NCBI GenBank assembly: GCA_013416795.1
Contig: RQSC01000002.1
Coordinates: 286,603-350,602, forward strand
Direction of reading: 5' to 3'
DNA from: Prasinococcaceae sp. CCMP 1430
Taxonomy: Eukaryota > Plantae > Prasinodermophyta
Length of the DNA stretch: 64,000 nucleotides
Shown here: positions 1 to 11,251 of the stretch, in pieces
Layout: every line of letters begins with the position of its first letter
How positions within the stretch are numbered: the first letter of the stretch is position 1
Notes under the pieces: model-generated
Databases searched by the model: none
What the model was told of the DNA's origin: nothing
Seen by the model: the letters and a program-made list of their open reading frames with translations, nothing else
Translations under genes and position numbers: made by a program

Positions 1-2
1 GC

Positions 3-1511
3 CGCGTCACCGACATGATCCTGCGCCTGGTGCCCAACATCGCACACTTCAGGACGGTGCTGCGCGCGCTCAAGCTGTGGGCGAAGAAGCGCGGCGTGTA
101 CTCGAACGTGATGGGTTTCCTCGGCGGCGTCAACTGGGCCATCCTCGCGGGGCGCGTGTGCCAGCTCTACCCGAACGCGGCGCCGTCGACGCTCCTCGCG
201 CGCTTCTTCAGAGTGATGTCGCTCTGGCGCTGGCCAAACCCGATCCTGCTCACCGACATCGATCCCGGCAGCCTAGGCCTGCAGATCTGGGACCCGCGCG
301 TCAACCCGCGCGACAGGGCGCACCTCTTTCCCATCATCACGCCTGCCTACCCCTGCATGAATTCGAGCTACAACGTGTCAGACTCAACCAAGCGCGTGAT
401 GGCGCTCGAGTTCGAGCGCGGGCTGCGCATCATGAACGAGATCGAGCGCCAGAAGACGCCCAAGTACGAGCAGCTTTTCGAGCCGGCACCGTTCTTTACG
501 CTGTACAAAAATTACCTGCAAATCGACGTCGCCTCGGCTAGCGAGGAGCAGCAGAACGTCTGGCTCGGCTGGGCGACGTCGCGCATGCGCCAGCTGGTGA
601 TGAAGGTCGAGCGCTGCACCAACGGTGCCCTTCAGGTGCACCCCAACCCCAAGGAGTTCACGCTGTCGGAGACGGCCACCTCGTTCTTCATGGGGCTGCA
701 CAAGATGCCCAAGACGGAGGACGGCGTGCAGAGGCAGGTGGACCTCAGCCCTGCAGTGAAGGAGTTCAAGGCGGCGGTGATGCAGTGGATGTCGTGGAAG
801 CCTGGCATGGATATCCAGGTGCAGCATATCAAACGCAAGCAAGTGCCTGAGTGGGCGCGGGGGGGCGAACCTCCCAAAGAGGCAGCGCCTGCTGCTGCGC
901 CAGCGGCCGTGGCGGACGCCCAGGCGCCGGCAAATGGAAACGCGGGGGGTGACGCTGAGCAGACTGCGGCGCCGAGCGAAGGGGCGGCAACAGAAGGGGC
1001 GAATGGCGCTGCTGAGGAGCAGGATGGGGCAGCGGCGCCTGCTACAGGAGCAGCCCCGAGCGCAGACGGTGGCAAGCGAAAGCGCGAAGATGGCGACGGC
1101 GCTAATGATGGCGACGCGAACGGGGCGGCGACGGAAGGTGCCGGCGAGGACGACGTCATCGGTGGAGGGGCGAAGCGCGCGAAGACTCATGCAGACGACT
1201 CTGGGGCAGCACCAGAGGCGGCAGAGGGAGAAGGTGATGCCACCGTGAGTGGGAGCGATCCTCAGGCGGGGGAGGGCGAGGCAAAGGATATTGTCGAGGA
1301 TGATGAGAAGGTCGACGAGGAGGGGAAGCCGGGAAGCGTCAAGCCAAAGGCGGTGAGCTATGCCGACATGGCGAAGCGCCAGCCGAGCGGTTTCGAATTG
1401 AACTCGAGCGTGGCCGGAACCGGCGCTGCGGCAGCAGCAGCCGGCGCAGCGGTGCCTCCTTCCCAGCCAGCGCAGGCGAAGAAGCCCGTCATCAAGCTTG
1501 CGAAGCGGTAG
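3..1511 (+). CDS. PAP: Canonical poly(A) polymerase, 5'-partial (central and RNA-binding domains plus low-complexity tail)
   Basis: RVTDMILRLVPN...LKLWAKKRGVYSNVMGFLGGVNWAIL...WRWPNPILL...FPIITPAYPCMNSSYNVS, typical of PAP; frame is open from the window edge. Confidence 0.95.
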   Translation, partial: RVTDMILRLVPNIAHFRTVLRALKLWAKKRGVYSNVMGFLGGVNWAILAGRVCQLYPNAAPSTLLARFFRVMSLWRWPNPILLTDIDPGSLGLQIWDPRVNPRDRAHLFPIITPAYPCMNSSYNVSDSTKRVMALEFERGLRIMNEIERQKTPKYEQLFEPAPFFTLYKNYLQIDVASASEEQQNVWLGWATSRMRQLVMKVERCTNGALQVHPNPKEFTLSETATSFFMGLHKMPKTEDGVQRQVDLSPAVKEFKAAVMQWMSWKPGMDIQVQHIKRKQVPEWARGGEPPKEAAPAAAPAAVADAQAPANGNAGGDAEQTAAPSEGAATEGANGAAEEQDGAAAPATGAAPSADGGKRKREDGDGANDGDANGAATEGAGEDDVIGGGAKRAKTHADDSGAAPEAAEGEGDATVSGSDPQAGEGEAKDIVEDDEKVDEEGKPGSVKPKAVSYADMAKRQPSGFELNSSVAGTGAAAAAAGAAVPPSQPAQAKKPVIKLAKR

Positions 1512-1726
1512 CTTTACCTTCCCGTCCCCGCTCTTGTGGACCTCCAGCGACAGTGTGTTGCTGGCACGCGCCAAGCCGGCGCTTTGTGACAATATTTGTT
1601 CAATTTACTGTCGTCCGGCATGCGTCGCGGCTGCTGCCCACCCCACCCGATTCCCCCCTCGTGACGGCGGTGGCATTCAGTGCCCTGAGCCACGCAGCGC
1701 GCAGGCCTTGCCTGACCTGCCTCGGC

Positions 1727-2644
1727 TCATTTGTGGAGAGGTGTGTCCGCGAACAGCGGTGGCGCGTGCACGGACGTGTAAAACTGCTTCGGCGGCTTCG
1801 TACAGGACTTCTTGCGCGAAGGCGGGGGCTTTTTCATGGAGGTCATGGACGCGAGCAGCGAGTCGAACGCCTCAGACGGCGCGCCTGGCACTTCGCGATC
1901 GCCGCCGCCCGCGGTCACGTCCTCTGGGGCACGCGCCTGCCGCCGCGTCACGCCGTTTTGCGCATCGAGCAGCAGCGAAGTGTCGCGGATGCAATCCTCG
2001 ACGGCTTTCCCACCCACGCTTGGCCTCCCGCCAGACACAGCGGCGAATGGAGAATTGTAGATGCCTGCCCGCGACTCCGTACTCAGCATGTGATGCATGC
2101 TTTTCATGGAATGCAGGAAGCGCGCATGTGCGGCCTCGGCGGCCTCAATCTCTGCGGAATCGCACTGCCTCTCATACGCAGCCTGTGCCTCCCTGCGCAG
2201 CGCCTCGCCGCGCGCCACCACGGCCTCGATGTACCTCCGCTGCGCGTAGTAGCTGTGCACTGTCGCGCGCGACCAGTAGCCGCGCCACGCCGTCTGGATA
2301 CGCGTAGCCGCGGCGTCGAACGCCGCGCGCCGCCGCGCGCGCTGGCGCGCCTCCCATGCGGCGGTGAAGCGAATGCGACCGAGGTTGCCCCGGAAGTGGC
2401 GCTGGATGACGAGCGCTGCTGCATGCAGCGCCGCTAGGTTGCGGCGCGTCACGAAACCACGCCACGCAGCCTGGATCGTCACCGCCGCGTGCACCTCAGC
2501 GTCACGGCCCGCCTCGGCCGCCATAGTGCGCGCGAAAAGCTCCGCCTCGAGCGACTCGACCTCGCCTGCAAGCGCCCGCAGGCTTGTTGTGGCCAGCGTG
2601 ATCGACCCGGCGCCCGCGGGGGCCGTCCAGCCCCGCGTGGCCAT
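1727..2644 (-). CDS. SPATA17: IQ-motif protein, SPATA17/MOT17-like (cilia-associated)
   Basis: Three IQ motifs (IQAAWRGFVTR, IQRHFRGNLGR, IQTAWRGYWSR) followed by HHMLSTESRAGIYNSPF, resembling the SPATA17 C-terminal motif; first ATG at 2644. Confidence 0.7.
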   Translation of the reverse strand: MATRGWTAPAGAGSITLATTSLRALAGEVESLEAELFARTMAAEAGRDAEVHAAVTIQAAWRGFVTRRNLAALHAAALVIQRHFRGNLGRIRFTAAWEARQRARRRAAFDAAATRIQTAWRGYWSRATVHSYYAQRRYIEAVVARGEALRREAQAAYERQCDSAEIEAAEAAHARFLHSMKSMHHMLSTESRAGIYNSPFAAVSGGRPSVGGKAVEDCIRDTSLLLDAQNGVTRRQARAPEDVTAGGGDREVPGAPSEAFDSLLASMTSMKKPPPSRKKSCTKPPKQFYTSVHAPPLFADTPLHK

Positions 2645-3564
2645 GGCCGCCGCCAGAAGGCGGCCACTTCTGGCGGCCACGCTACCCCCCTCGCACCCCC
2701 AGCCCTATCCCGTGGCCAAGGCACCGCGTTGAGGCTGCACGCAACGGCGCGCGTGCGCCAACAGGGGCGCACGTGTGCGTGCGGCTCACGTCCCCGCACT
2801 GGCCCACCTGTGCCCTGGCTCGCTCGCTCGGCGCACGAGCTGGAGGGGCGCCAAGCACGCGGGGAGTGCCGCAGGTGACAAGTTGCGGCAACCCGCGAGC
2901 CCGTTAGGATGCGTAAATGGCCCAGACTGGGGTGCTGCCCGCGCTCCCGCTCTACACCCCCCACCCACCCACCCCCTTGGCGCGCGCTCCAGCGTTGCGC
3001 CAACCACGGCCAGGTGCAAGCGCGCGCGGCCCAGTGCGAGTGCCGGCGGACCGGCGGCGGTCCTCCCCCCCTCGCGCGCGGGACGAGCCCGCGGATGTAG
3101 CCGCCAGTGCCGGCGCGCCGCCCGTCCGCAGTCGCGCGCGCCCGCGCGCCGGAACGGGACCGGCCGGCGGCCGCGCTGCCGTTCCCCGACCGCGCGCGAG
3201 CGCCGGCCAGCCACGGTTTGCTTTGGGGAACACCCATCAAAACGAACCCACAGAGCACGCCGATGTTGCACACCGTGTCCGTTTGCATTGACGGTGATTT
3301 TGCATTCGATTCGAGCGAATGCATGTAACCGCAGGCAGCGCTGCGGCGCGGCGCTCGAGGTGGGCGGGCGGTGCGGGGGGTGGCGAGTGGCGGGAGCAGA
3401 GGCGGCCCGGGTGTGGCGAGGTGCCACAGCGACGCGCGGAGGGCGCCCAGCCGCACCGTGGGGGCGGGTGGGCCGGCGTGTCGAGGCGCGAGCGCGCGCC
3501 AACGCTGCAGCACCGAGCTGCTCCCCTCCCCCCATCTCAATCGCGCTGACGGCCCGCGTGCGGC

Positions 3565-6363
3565 ATGGTCCGTGCCTCGGGAGGCGGTGGGCTTGTCGCC
3601 GATGGTCTCCTCGAAAGCTTGTCTTCAGCCGACGCGCGCAAACGTCGCTTCGGCCTCGATGCCGTCGAGACGATGGCGCGGCTGGGTGCTGCGCAGCGCC
3701 AGGCTCTGCTCGATGCGGGCGCGCTCGGCGCTCTCATGGGTGTGAAGTCGCGCGCGAGCACGCGAAGTGAGGACTATGCGGGGGCAAGTAGGACCATCGC
3801 CCTTCTGCGGCAGCCCGCGGCGCTGCCCTCTGCGGCAGAGCGACTGCGCCGGGCGCTCGCGGACGGCGGCGGCTCTATCAAGCGCGCACCGCCGACGCCA
3901 GTGAGCGCAACGCCGCTCTACAACACACAGCTGCGTGTAGCGGCGCCGTCGGCAACAGCTGAAGGAGTGCGCGCCGCGACGGAGGCAGAGGCCGAGCGCG
4001 CACACTTCGACGTCATCAGTGCAATACGTCGAGCAGATACCTCCACCACGCCAGCGACGCCAGTCGTTGCACCAACGCCCATGGCGACTTTGAGCGCTGT
4101 CAAGTCATACGGAGCGCCAATGGCGCATGCTGCGCCCAACGCCCGCGCGAGCGCTGCGCCGGTGGCCGGGCCTCCCGACAACACGCGTGTGCGCGACAGT
4201 GAGAACGCGTCTGCCAGTGCCGACGGAGAAGACGCCGATGCTCTGGCATCGATTGCGCACTCGCGCCCCGCCCGCGAAAATGCAGATCCCAAGACTCCCT
4301 CGGAGCATCTCAATGCCGCCGTTGAGAGCGCAGCAACGGCGGTGGAGCGCCTGAAGCACACACTGCCCGAGGGCGCCGCCGGGCGCGAGGAAAAAGAGAA
4401 TGACGCCCGCTATGTCAACTTGAGCGCACTTCCCAACGCGACTGCAGAACGTGGTGCGGACGCTGCCGTGAACGCCGGCGCGGAGGCTGCGTGCACCGTC
4501 GCGGACGCGGAGGCATCAAAAGAGCGCACCATGACAGCGCAGATCGCCGCACTGTGTGCAGAGCTCGTCCGCTGCAAGGCCGCCGCCGCGCATGCCGCCG
4601 CAGAGGCCGCCGCACGCTCCCAGTCGGAGTTGTCGTCCGTCCGCAACGCTGCCGCTGCAGAGCGCGAAGCGTATGTTGCGGCGCATGCAGAAAAGTTGGA
4701 CGCCTGCGAGCGGGCCCTGGAGGAATCGCGTGCTTCCTGCGCGCGCTTCCAGGCCGATGCACACACTTCGCGCGAGGAGTTCGCTGTTTTTGCCTCCTCC
4801 GCACATACACAGGTCGCCAGTCTAGAGGCTCGCCTTGCGGAAGTCACCACAGAGGCCAAGGATGCGACTGAAAGCGCGCGCGCGCGCACGAAGGAGCTCG
4901 AGGATGCGCGACTGGGGGCTCGCACACGAGAGAGGCAGGCCGCGGAAGCGCGAGCCGAGGCAGAGGTAGTGCAGCTCAAAGCGGCCGAACGCGAGGAAGA
5001 TCTATTCAGGCAGCTTCAAAACGCGCAGAAGGAGCTGCAAGGTGCGCGCGCGAAGATGGGCACCCGGGCACCCGTGCGCCTTGCGATTGTGCTCTGTCGC
5101 GTGGGGCTGCAGTGTTTGCTGCGGCTGACATGAAGAAGCACGCGCGCTTTGCGATACCACTCTGGGCATGAACGCGTTCGCCCAATGTGCTCCGCAGCTG
5201 CCCTCTCGGACCGCAATCAGGCTCTTGAGGAGGCCTCAAATGCGCGTCATTCCGGCGCACAGATGCGTGCCGAGTTGTATATTCTCAAAGAGGAGCAGGC
5301 AGCGACAGTGGGCGAGATAGCACGGCGCGCCGCCGAAGAAGCTGCGACAGCGGCCGCTGATGCCGCCGCGGCCTCGGATGCTGCCTGGATGGCCAAGCTC
5401 ACGCGCGAGCGCGAATCCACCGCTCTGCGAGTCCGCGAGGCGACGGCCGATATGCGTGCTGAAGTTGAGTGCCTACGCACTGAGCTGGCAGCTGCTGATG
5501 AGCGCTTGGCGCTCGCTGTAGCCGACGCGAAGGCGAAGTGCGAGGAAGCCAAGCAGAGTGAGGCTGCCGCGCACGCTCGCAAGAAAGCGGCAGGGGCCAG
5601 CGTCGGGAAGAGCGACGCAAACGCCGCCACGGCCAACGAGGAGGTTGAGGCGCTAAGAAAGGAGGTAGTGTCTCTGCGCGAGTTCAAGGAAGAGCATCAA
5701 CGCATGTTGGAGCAGCGGCTGGCATCGGAGGAGGCCGCTCTCCAGGTTGCGGCGGAGAGTGCTGTTACGGCGATGGAACGTCTGCGTGTCGCCGAGGCCC
5801 AGCTGCGCGAGCGTGGCGTGGCTCCCAAGTCGACCACACCCACGCGGATGCATCCATCGCAGCGCACGCAGGTGCATTCTCGCGCGCAGATGAGCACGGG
5901 TATGCCCACTGTCCCGGGCACCGCGCCGCTGACTGGCCCCATTCGCCCGCGTGCGCTCTTCGGTGCACCCGAGACGCCGACGCCACCTCACACAACCGCA
6001 ACGCCTGCTCTGATGTCTACCGCCGTTGTGACGCCCGCTGCGAGCGCGTTTGCAAGCGTCACCAGCGAATTGCATGAGGGCCTTGCGGCGATGCGTGAGG
6101 AGCTCCGCGAGCAGCGCGAGCAGACGGCAGAGCTCGCTCAGCGCTTACCCAGCGCGTCTCATAAAGCCGAAGAGGAGCGCGCGCTCGGCGCGCTACGGGC
6201 GAAGGTGGCGATGCTCGGCGTTGAAACCGCCTCCGCCTCAGAGGAGGAGAGGACGACGCAGGCCGTTGAGGATGCGCAGCACGCCATTGCTGCCGCACAA
6301 ATGACGCTTAAGAAGGCGCAGACGGCGAGGAAGCCCGAGGGCGCCGAGGCTGCAAAGCGTTGA
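3565..6363 (+). CDS. Long coiled-coil protein with ARM-like N-terminal helices, function unknown; predicted intron 5042-5197
   Basis: Two long Ala/Glu/Arg-rich ORFs join in frame via GTGCGC...TCCGCAG; heptad-rich sequence. Confidence 0.65.
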
Positions 6364-6450
6364 CATATTATATTCCCCGTATATTAATTGGTCACGGTGC
6401 AGGTGCCGGGAGTAGGGTTCTCGGCGCTGATCGCTATGGGCTCGTGCACG

Positions 6451-8552
6451 TCACCAAGGCCTCGGCGCTGGCGGTGGTGTGAGAGGCGGCGGGGCACCCC
6501 AGCCGAGCAATTTGTACGCCTCGACCTCGACGTCGTGCAAACGCATGCCCCGCGTTGTCTTGCGCAACACATGCAAAAGCGCCGAGCGCGAGCGCGAGTT
6601 CTCCTGTATCTCGCGCTGTGACGGGCGTCGCACATCGTCCATGCTCATCGCAGGCTGCACGCGCAAGGCCTCGTACGCATCTGGTTGGCTCTCGCGGATA
6701 TAGCGCACGATGTCGGCTGTGTCGCGCGCCTCCTCGTGTTCCCTGTAGAAGTCCATCACGAGCTGGCACTCGGAATACTTCCACGTGAGCAAACCCAACC
6801 TGCCACCATGCTTGAGCAGCTCGAGCGCGCCACACATGCCGCGTGTCATCTCCTCGAATTCCTGGTTGAGATGGATGCGAAGCGCCTGGAAGGTCATTTT
6901 GGCAGGGTGCATGGCTTGGTATTCCTTGCCCTTGGCGCGTGCCACGAGCTCCGCAAAGGGTCGCGTGCGCTCGGGCAGCGTTCCAGCGCGCACCGCCAAC
7001 ATGATGGCATCGGCGATGCGGCGCGCGGCGGCCTGAAAGGGGCAAGCAAGAAGAAAGCAAGACATCAAGTTGTCAGCGCCAAGCGTGGCAGGTCACGCGC
7101 TCGGGCTTCGGGTTCGCGCGCACATGCGCACCTTGTCACTCTCCCCGCCCACCACGAGAATGTCGATGAGCTCCTCACGCCCGATTCGCTTCAGCAGCGC
7201 ACTTGCGGGCTCGCCACGGGTTTGGTCGAAACGCAGGTCGAGTGGGCCGTCCGCCTCAGGCCTGAAGCCGCGACCTGCCGCATCGAACTGCGGGCTGGAG
7301 ATCCCTAGGTCGAGGAACACGCCGCTCACACTGCCAGCGGCCTCCTCACCCAGCGCCTGCACCATGTCGCCGAAAGGCCGGTGGTGAATAGTGAACCTGC
7401 TGTCCTCCTTTTCGAGCTGCTTGGCCACCAGGATTGCCTCCGGATCAAGATCGAAGGCGTGTAGCCGGCCCTTGGGCGAGAGGCGGGAGAGTATAGCGCG
7501 CGAGTGCCCGCCGCGCCCGAACGTGCCATCAACGTACACGCCGTCCGGATCTGGGAGCACCAGGGCACGTAGCGTCTCATCGACCATGGCGGGTGTGTGC
7601 GTGCCGATGTCCTGCACAGTGCCGCGCGCCCACTTTGCGCTGTTGGTGGCGAGCGTCACGCTGATGTTGCGCCCGCCAAATCGTGCGCCGTTATGTGACA
7701 GCGCCTTCCGCTGTCCCTCGGCGCTGCCGAGCGTCAACCAGCCAATGCCTGTCGAGCATGCGTCGTGCGCACGTCCGTGCGTGCGTCGTGAGAGAGCACG
7801 CGCGCGTGTGTCAGCGCTGAGCTCGGCGTCGCGGCCCGTCGAGATGTGCTCGCGGGTAGGGCGCTGTATACGCGCCCGTGCGCAGTATCACGCCCTCGCA
7901 CCTTTGCACTTGCCAGTCGACGGGTCGTGCATCAGCCGTATGTCGCCCACGATGTCACAACCGTCGAAGAAGTCCCTGAGCTGGTCCTCGGTGGTGCTGT
8001 ACGGCAGGTACTTCAAGAACACTTCTCTGCCCTCCGACGCGGCAGCAATTTCTGCGGCTACAGCCTGCGGGTCCTCGGCCGTCACCGTCACACGGGACGC
8101 CCCGCCGCACCTGCCACCGTCTCGTTTGAGCGCCTCCGACACGTCGGAGGGCTCGAGGAACGCCACGCGTGCCTTGCCGCGCGCGACGTTCACTTTAGTG
8201 GCCTTGGGGAAGAGCGCTCGCACCTCGCCCTGCGTGGCGTCATTTGCGAGGCCTTCCACGATCACCGCGCGGCAGCCCAGCGGGACGACGGCGGCGGGCG
8301 TCCATGCCGGCGTCCACGCCGGTGCGCGAGCAGCGCTGGCGCACTTGTCGGCTTTGTCCTTCTTCGCCTTCTTCGCCTTCTTGTCCTTCTTCCCACCCTG
8401 CGCGTCCTGCTTTCCCGCCAGCGTGCCGGTGGCGCGCTCCGCCTTCGCAGCCTTCTTGGCGGCCTTGCGCGCCTCGCGCGCCGCGGTGCGCCGCGCCTTC
8501 TCGGCTTCGTCGCCGGCGCCGCCGGCGCCCCCACTGCCCTCCTCGCGCGGGC
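6451..8552 (-). CDS. rsmH: Lys-rich/RRM-RRM/RsmH (MraW, rRNA m4C methyltransferase) fusion; introns 7749-7901 and 7033-7131; start lost at the N at 8553
   Basis: RsmH motifs HTPAMVDE, DGTFGRGGHS, DLDPEA, DLGISSPQFD, DGPLDLRFD, FQALRIHLNQE, NSRSRSA. Upstream RRM VFLKYLPYSTTEDQLRDFF, whose RNP1 (KGIGWLTL) is rebuilt across the intron. Confidence 0.88.
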
Positions 8553-8892
8553 NAGGGTTTACAACATGACGATGGGGGGATATGGGTCAGTCAATTTATA
8601 TATTATCCCCTACGGGAGGCTGCGCGAAAGGCGTTGAGGTTTGACCTGACCCTAAAGTAGCGCGCTGGGGGGTGCGCGCGAGCGCGAGCGGCGGCTGGAC
8701 GCCGGCGGCTGCGTGTGCGCCTGGCCGCCTGCGTGCACGGGTGCAGGCGGCACGCTGCCAACGCTGGTTTTGTGGGTGGGCGGACGTGCCACAGCGCCCG
8801 CTCGGCGCAGCGCGCCGACGCGGTGCGGCCGCCCAAGCAGCCGCCGCCACCGCCGCCGCCGCCGCCGCCTCCCCGCGTCGGCGAGCGGAGCC

Positions 8893-10422
8893 ATGGGCAA
8901 TGAGGGAGGCGGGACAGAGCGCCCCGGGCGAGGGGACGAGCCCGCGGGGGACGGCGTGTGGCTGCTCGTGTACTTCGTGCATCGCTACCTGGACTTTCGT
9001 CGGCCCGAGTTCGAGTCGGCCGCGCGCGCGTGCGGCTGGCCCGGCGCAGTCGAGTGGCGGCTGCCGCCGTGGGTTGATGCAGACGCGCCGGGTGCCGACA
9101 AGTCCCCGTTGTGGCTGGTGCGCGCTCCCAGCGAGGAGCTCGCGGCGCGCGTCGTGCGGCGCGCCATCCTCGCAAAGGCGCTGCTGTGTCCATGGGGCCA
9201 CGGTGCGGATTTGGCGAGCTGCTGCGACGCCGTGCGCGCGGCGCTCGCCGACGACACGACCAAACAAACGCTGCGCGTAGCCCACTACACATCCGCTCAA
9301 CGGGCCTTCAAAGTGCAGGTGGAGGCCTTCGGCGCGAAGCTCTCCATGGAGCAGCAGCTCGTGCGCGTGAATGCGTTCTCCTTTGTCCCCTTCGAGGGGT
9401 CGGTGTCCATGCGCGCGCCCGACGACATCTTCTGGTGCGTCGAGGTGGGCGGCGAGGGTGCTAATCCGAGCGACGAGCGCGTGAAAGTGCCACCCGGGGT
9501 CGTGTTCGCGCGCCAGGTGGCGGTCGGGCCGCGACAGGAGCTGCTGGGCAAGCTCGACCTCAAAAGGCGCCCCTACCTCGGCCCGACGTCGATGGACCAC
9601 GAGATGGCGCTCATCATGGCCAACATGGGCTGCTGCAGGCCGGGCACGCTCACCTTGGACCCGTTCGTCGGCACGGGCAGCGTGCTGGTCGCCGCCGCGG
9701 CGCTCGGCGCAGTGTGCATGGGCGGCGACATGGACATCCGCGTGGTGCGCGACGGCAAGAAGGGAAAGAACGTCTTCACCAACTTCGAGCACTACGGCAT
9801 GGACGCGCCCTGCCTGCTGCGCGCCGACGCATCCGCCATGCCATGGCGGGCGGGTCTGCGGGGCGTCTTCGACAGCATCGTGTGCGACCCGCCATACGGC
9901 ATACGCGCGGGCGGGCGCAAAAGCGGCGGCAGGAGGTACAACGAGCGCCCCTACGAAATACCCAAGGAGAAGCGGAAGGACCACATCGCCTCCACGTCCC
10001 CCTACTCGCTCGGCGAGTGCATCGCCGACCTGCTCGACAACGCGGCGGCGATGCTGAGGCCCGGCGGTCGGCTGGTCTATTTCCTCCCCGCGGTCATCGA
10101 GGCGTACTCCGACGACCTCCTCCCGCGGCATCCGAGCCTGGACGTGGTGGCCAATACTGAGCAGAACCTCACCATGTCGTACCAGCGCCGGCTGGTCACG
10201 ATGGAGAGGAAGGGCGAGGGCGCCGAGGGCGGCGCGGGCGCAGCTGACGCGGCTAGGGCCGCTCGTGCGAGGACCATCGCCGCCATGCAGGTCCTCGAGG
10301 ATGCGGCCGAGGCGATGCTCGAGGGAAAGCTGCCCAGCCAGACCGCCAGGAGGGCTGGCGCGGGGGCAGAGAGGGACGAGTCCAAGCGACCCCACGACGT
10401 GTGCGCAGCCGCCACGCAGTGA
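8893..10422 (+). CDS. TRM11: tRNA m2G10 methyltransferase TRM11
   Basis: LDLKRRPYLGPTSMDHEMALIMAN, DPFVGTGS, FDSIVCDPPYGIRAG, GGRLVYFLP. Confidence 0.93.
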   Translation: MGNEGGGTERPGRGDEPAGDGVWLLVYFVHRYLDFRRPEFESAARACGWPGAVEWRLPPWVDADAPGADKSPLWLVRAPSEELAARVVRRAILAKALLCPWGHGADLASCCDAVRAALADDTTKQTLRVAHYTSAQRAFKVQVEAFGAKLSMEQQLVRVNAFSFVPFEGSVSMRAPDDIFWCVEVGGEGANPSDERVKVPPGVVFARQVAVGPRQELLGKLDLKRRPYLGPTSMDHEMALIMANMGCCRPGTLTLDPFVGTGSVLVAAAALGAVCMGGDMDIRVVRDGKKGKNVFTNFEHYGMDAPCLLRADASAMPWRAGLRGVFDSIVCDPPYGIRAGGRKSGGRRYNERPYEIPKEKRKDHIASTSPYSLGECIADLLDNAAAMLRPGGRLVYFLPAVIEAYSDDLLPRHPSLDVVANTEQNLTMSYQRRLVTMERKGEGAEGGAGAADAARAARARTIAAMQVLEDAAEAMLEGKLPSQTARRAGAGAERDESKRPHDVCAAATQ

Positions 10423-10527
10423 GACACGCACGCGCTCGCGCACACGCGCACACCCCGGGCGGCTCTCCGCCGCAAGGCCTCGCCATGTACACTACTCGAG
10501 CGAGCTGGGCGCGCCCCCCGCCCGCGC

Positions 10528-10532
10528 TGTAA
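10528..10532 (+). terminator. UGUAA polyadenylation signal (representative; also 15059-63 minus, 35787-91 minus, and 49091, 55194, 57676 plus)
   Basis: TGTAA within ~110 nt downstream of stop codons; the known green-algal signal. Confidence 0.7.
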
Positions 10533-10616
10533 CAACATTTCTATCGCGCAACGTTCGCGCCGGCGCGGGCGCGCCATGTGCGCGCGCTTCTCGTACGCAC
10601 GCAACCACCTAAGTAA

Positions 10617-10982
10617 TTAAGGGTCCTGTTCCAGCTGGATGGAGTCGCCGAACTTGACCTTGAGTTTCGCCTTGAGGTCCTCCATCTCGCCCTTGATCTT
10701 CTCTATCTCCTCCTCATGCTCCTCCACGAGCGCCTGCGCGGCATCCGTGGCCTCCTGCAGCTTCTCCTCAGCGGCGTCGTTGGCGATCGTCACGAAGACC
10801 TCGCCCATGAGGTACTTGGTCTCGTCGTCGTCTGCGAGCATGAGCTCATTGCCGGCCTCCTCGAAATTCTCCAGGTCCTCGCGCTTCGCCTTGACGACGA
10901 GCTCGAGCTCGCTCAGGCGGTTGTTCAGCTGGCTGAACTTGTTGATGGCGGCCTGGTCCTCCTTGGTCACGGTGTCGCTCTC
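10617..10982 (-). CDS. PFDN4: Prefoldin subunit 4, last exon (first exon upstream or in the gap)
   Basis: VTKEDQAAINKFSQLNNR...ELML...YLMGEVF...LKVKFGDSIQLE; acceptor TTCGCAG at 10983. Confidence 0.9.
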   Translation of the reverse strand, partial: ESDTVTKEDQAAINKFSQLNNRLSELELVVKAKREDLENFEEAGNELMLADDDETKYLMGEVFVTIANDAAEEKLQEATDAAQALVEEHEEEIEKIKGEMEDLKAKLKVKFGDSIQLEQDP

Positions 10983-11251
10983 CTGCGAAGGGACAGAAGG
11001 GAAGGGGTGGGGGGGAGGGGCGGCGGCCGGCGATCGTGATCGCGATCGAGAGAGAGAGAGAGAGTAAGCGTGAGTGCAAACGCAAACGCTATGCAAGGGC
11101 GCGGCCACGGGCGATGCGGCGAAGGTCGTGCGCGTCACCGCTGGCGAGAGGATCCAGGCGCACGAGCCGGCGCGGGGGCGCATCCCCGCAGCGTGGCGCT
11201 TCCCCCGCGCGCTCCCAGCGACCCCCGCCGCTGCCGCCGCCGCGCCGCGCC

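Noticed and set aside
6451-7750. Bacterial contamination explaining RsmH
   Set aside because: Contains spliceosomal introns and host-like codon usage, and is fused to eukaryotic RRMs
8566-8650. C/D snoRNA (ATGACGA...CTGA)
   Set aside because: No guide of 10 nt or more to rRNA that I could recognise, and the terminal stem is poorly placed
8596-10443. Long antisense ORFs opposite real genes (many across the window)
   Set aside because: Expected shadow ORFs at this GC content; Arg/Ala/Pro-rich with no motifs
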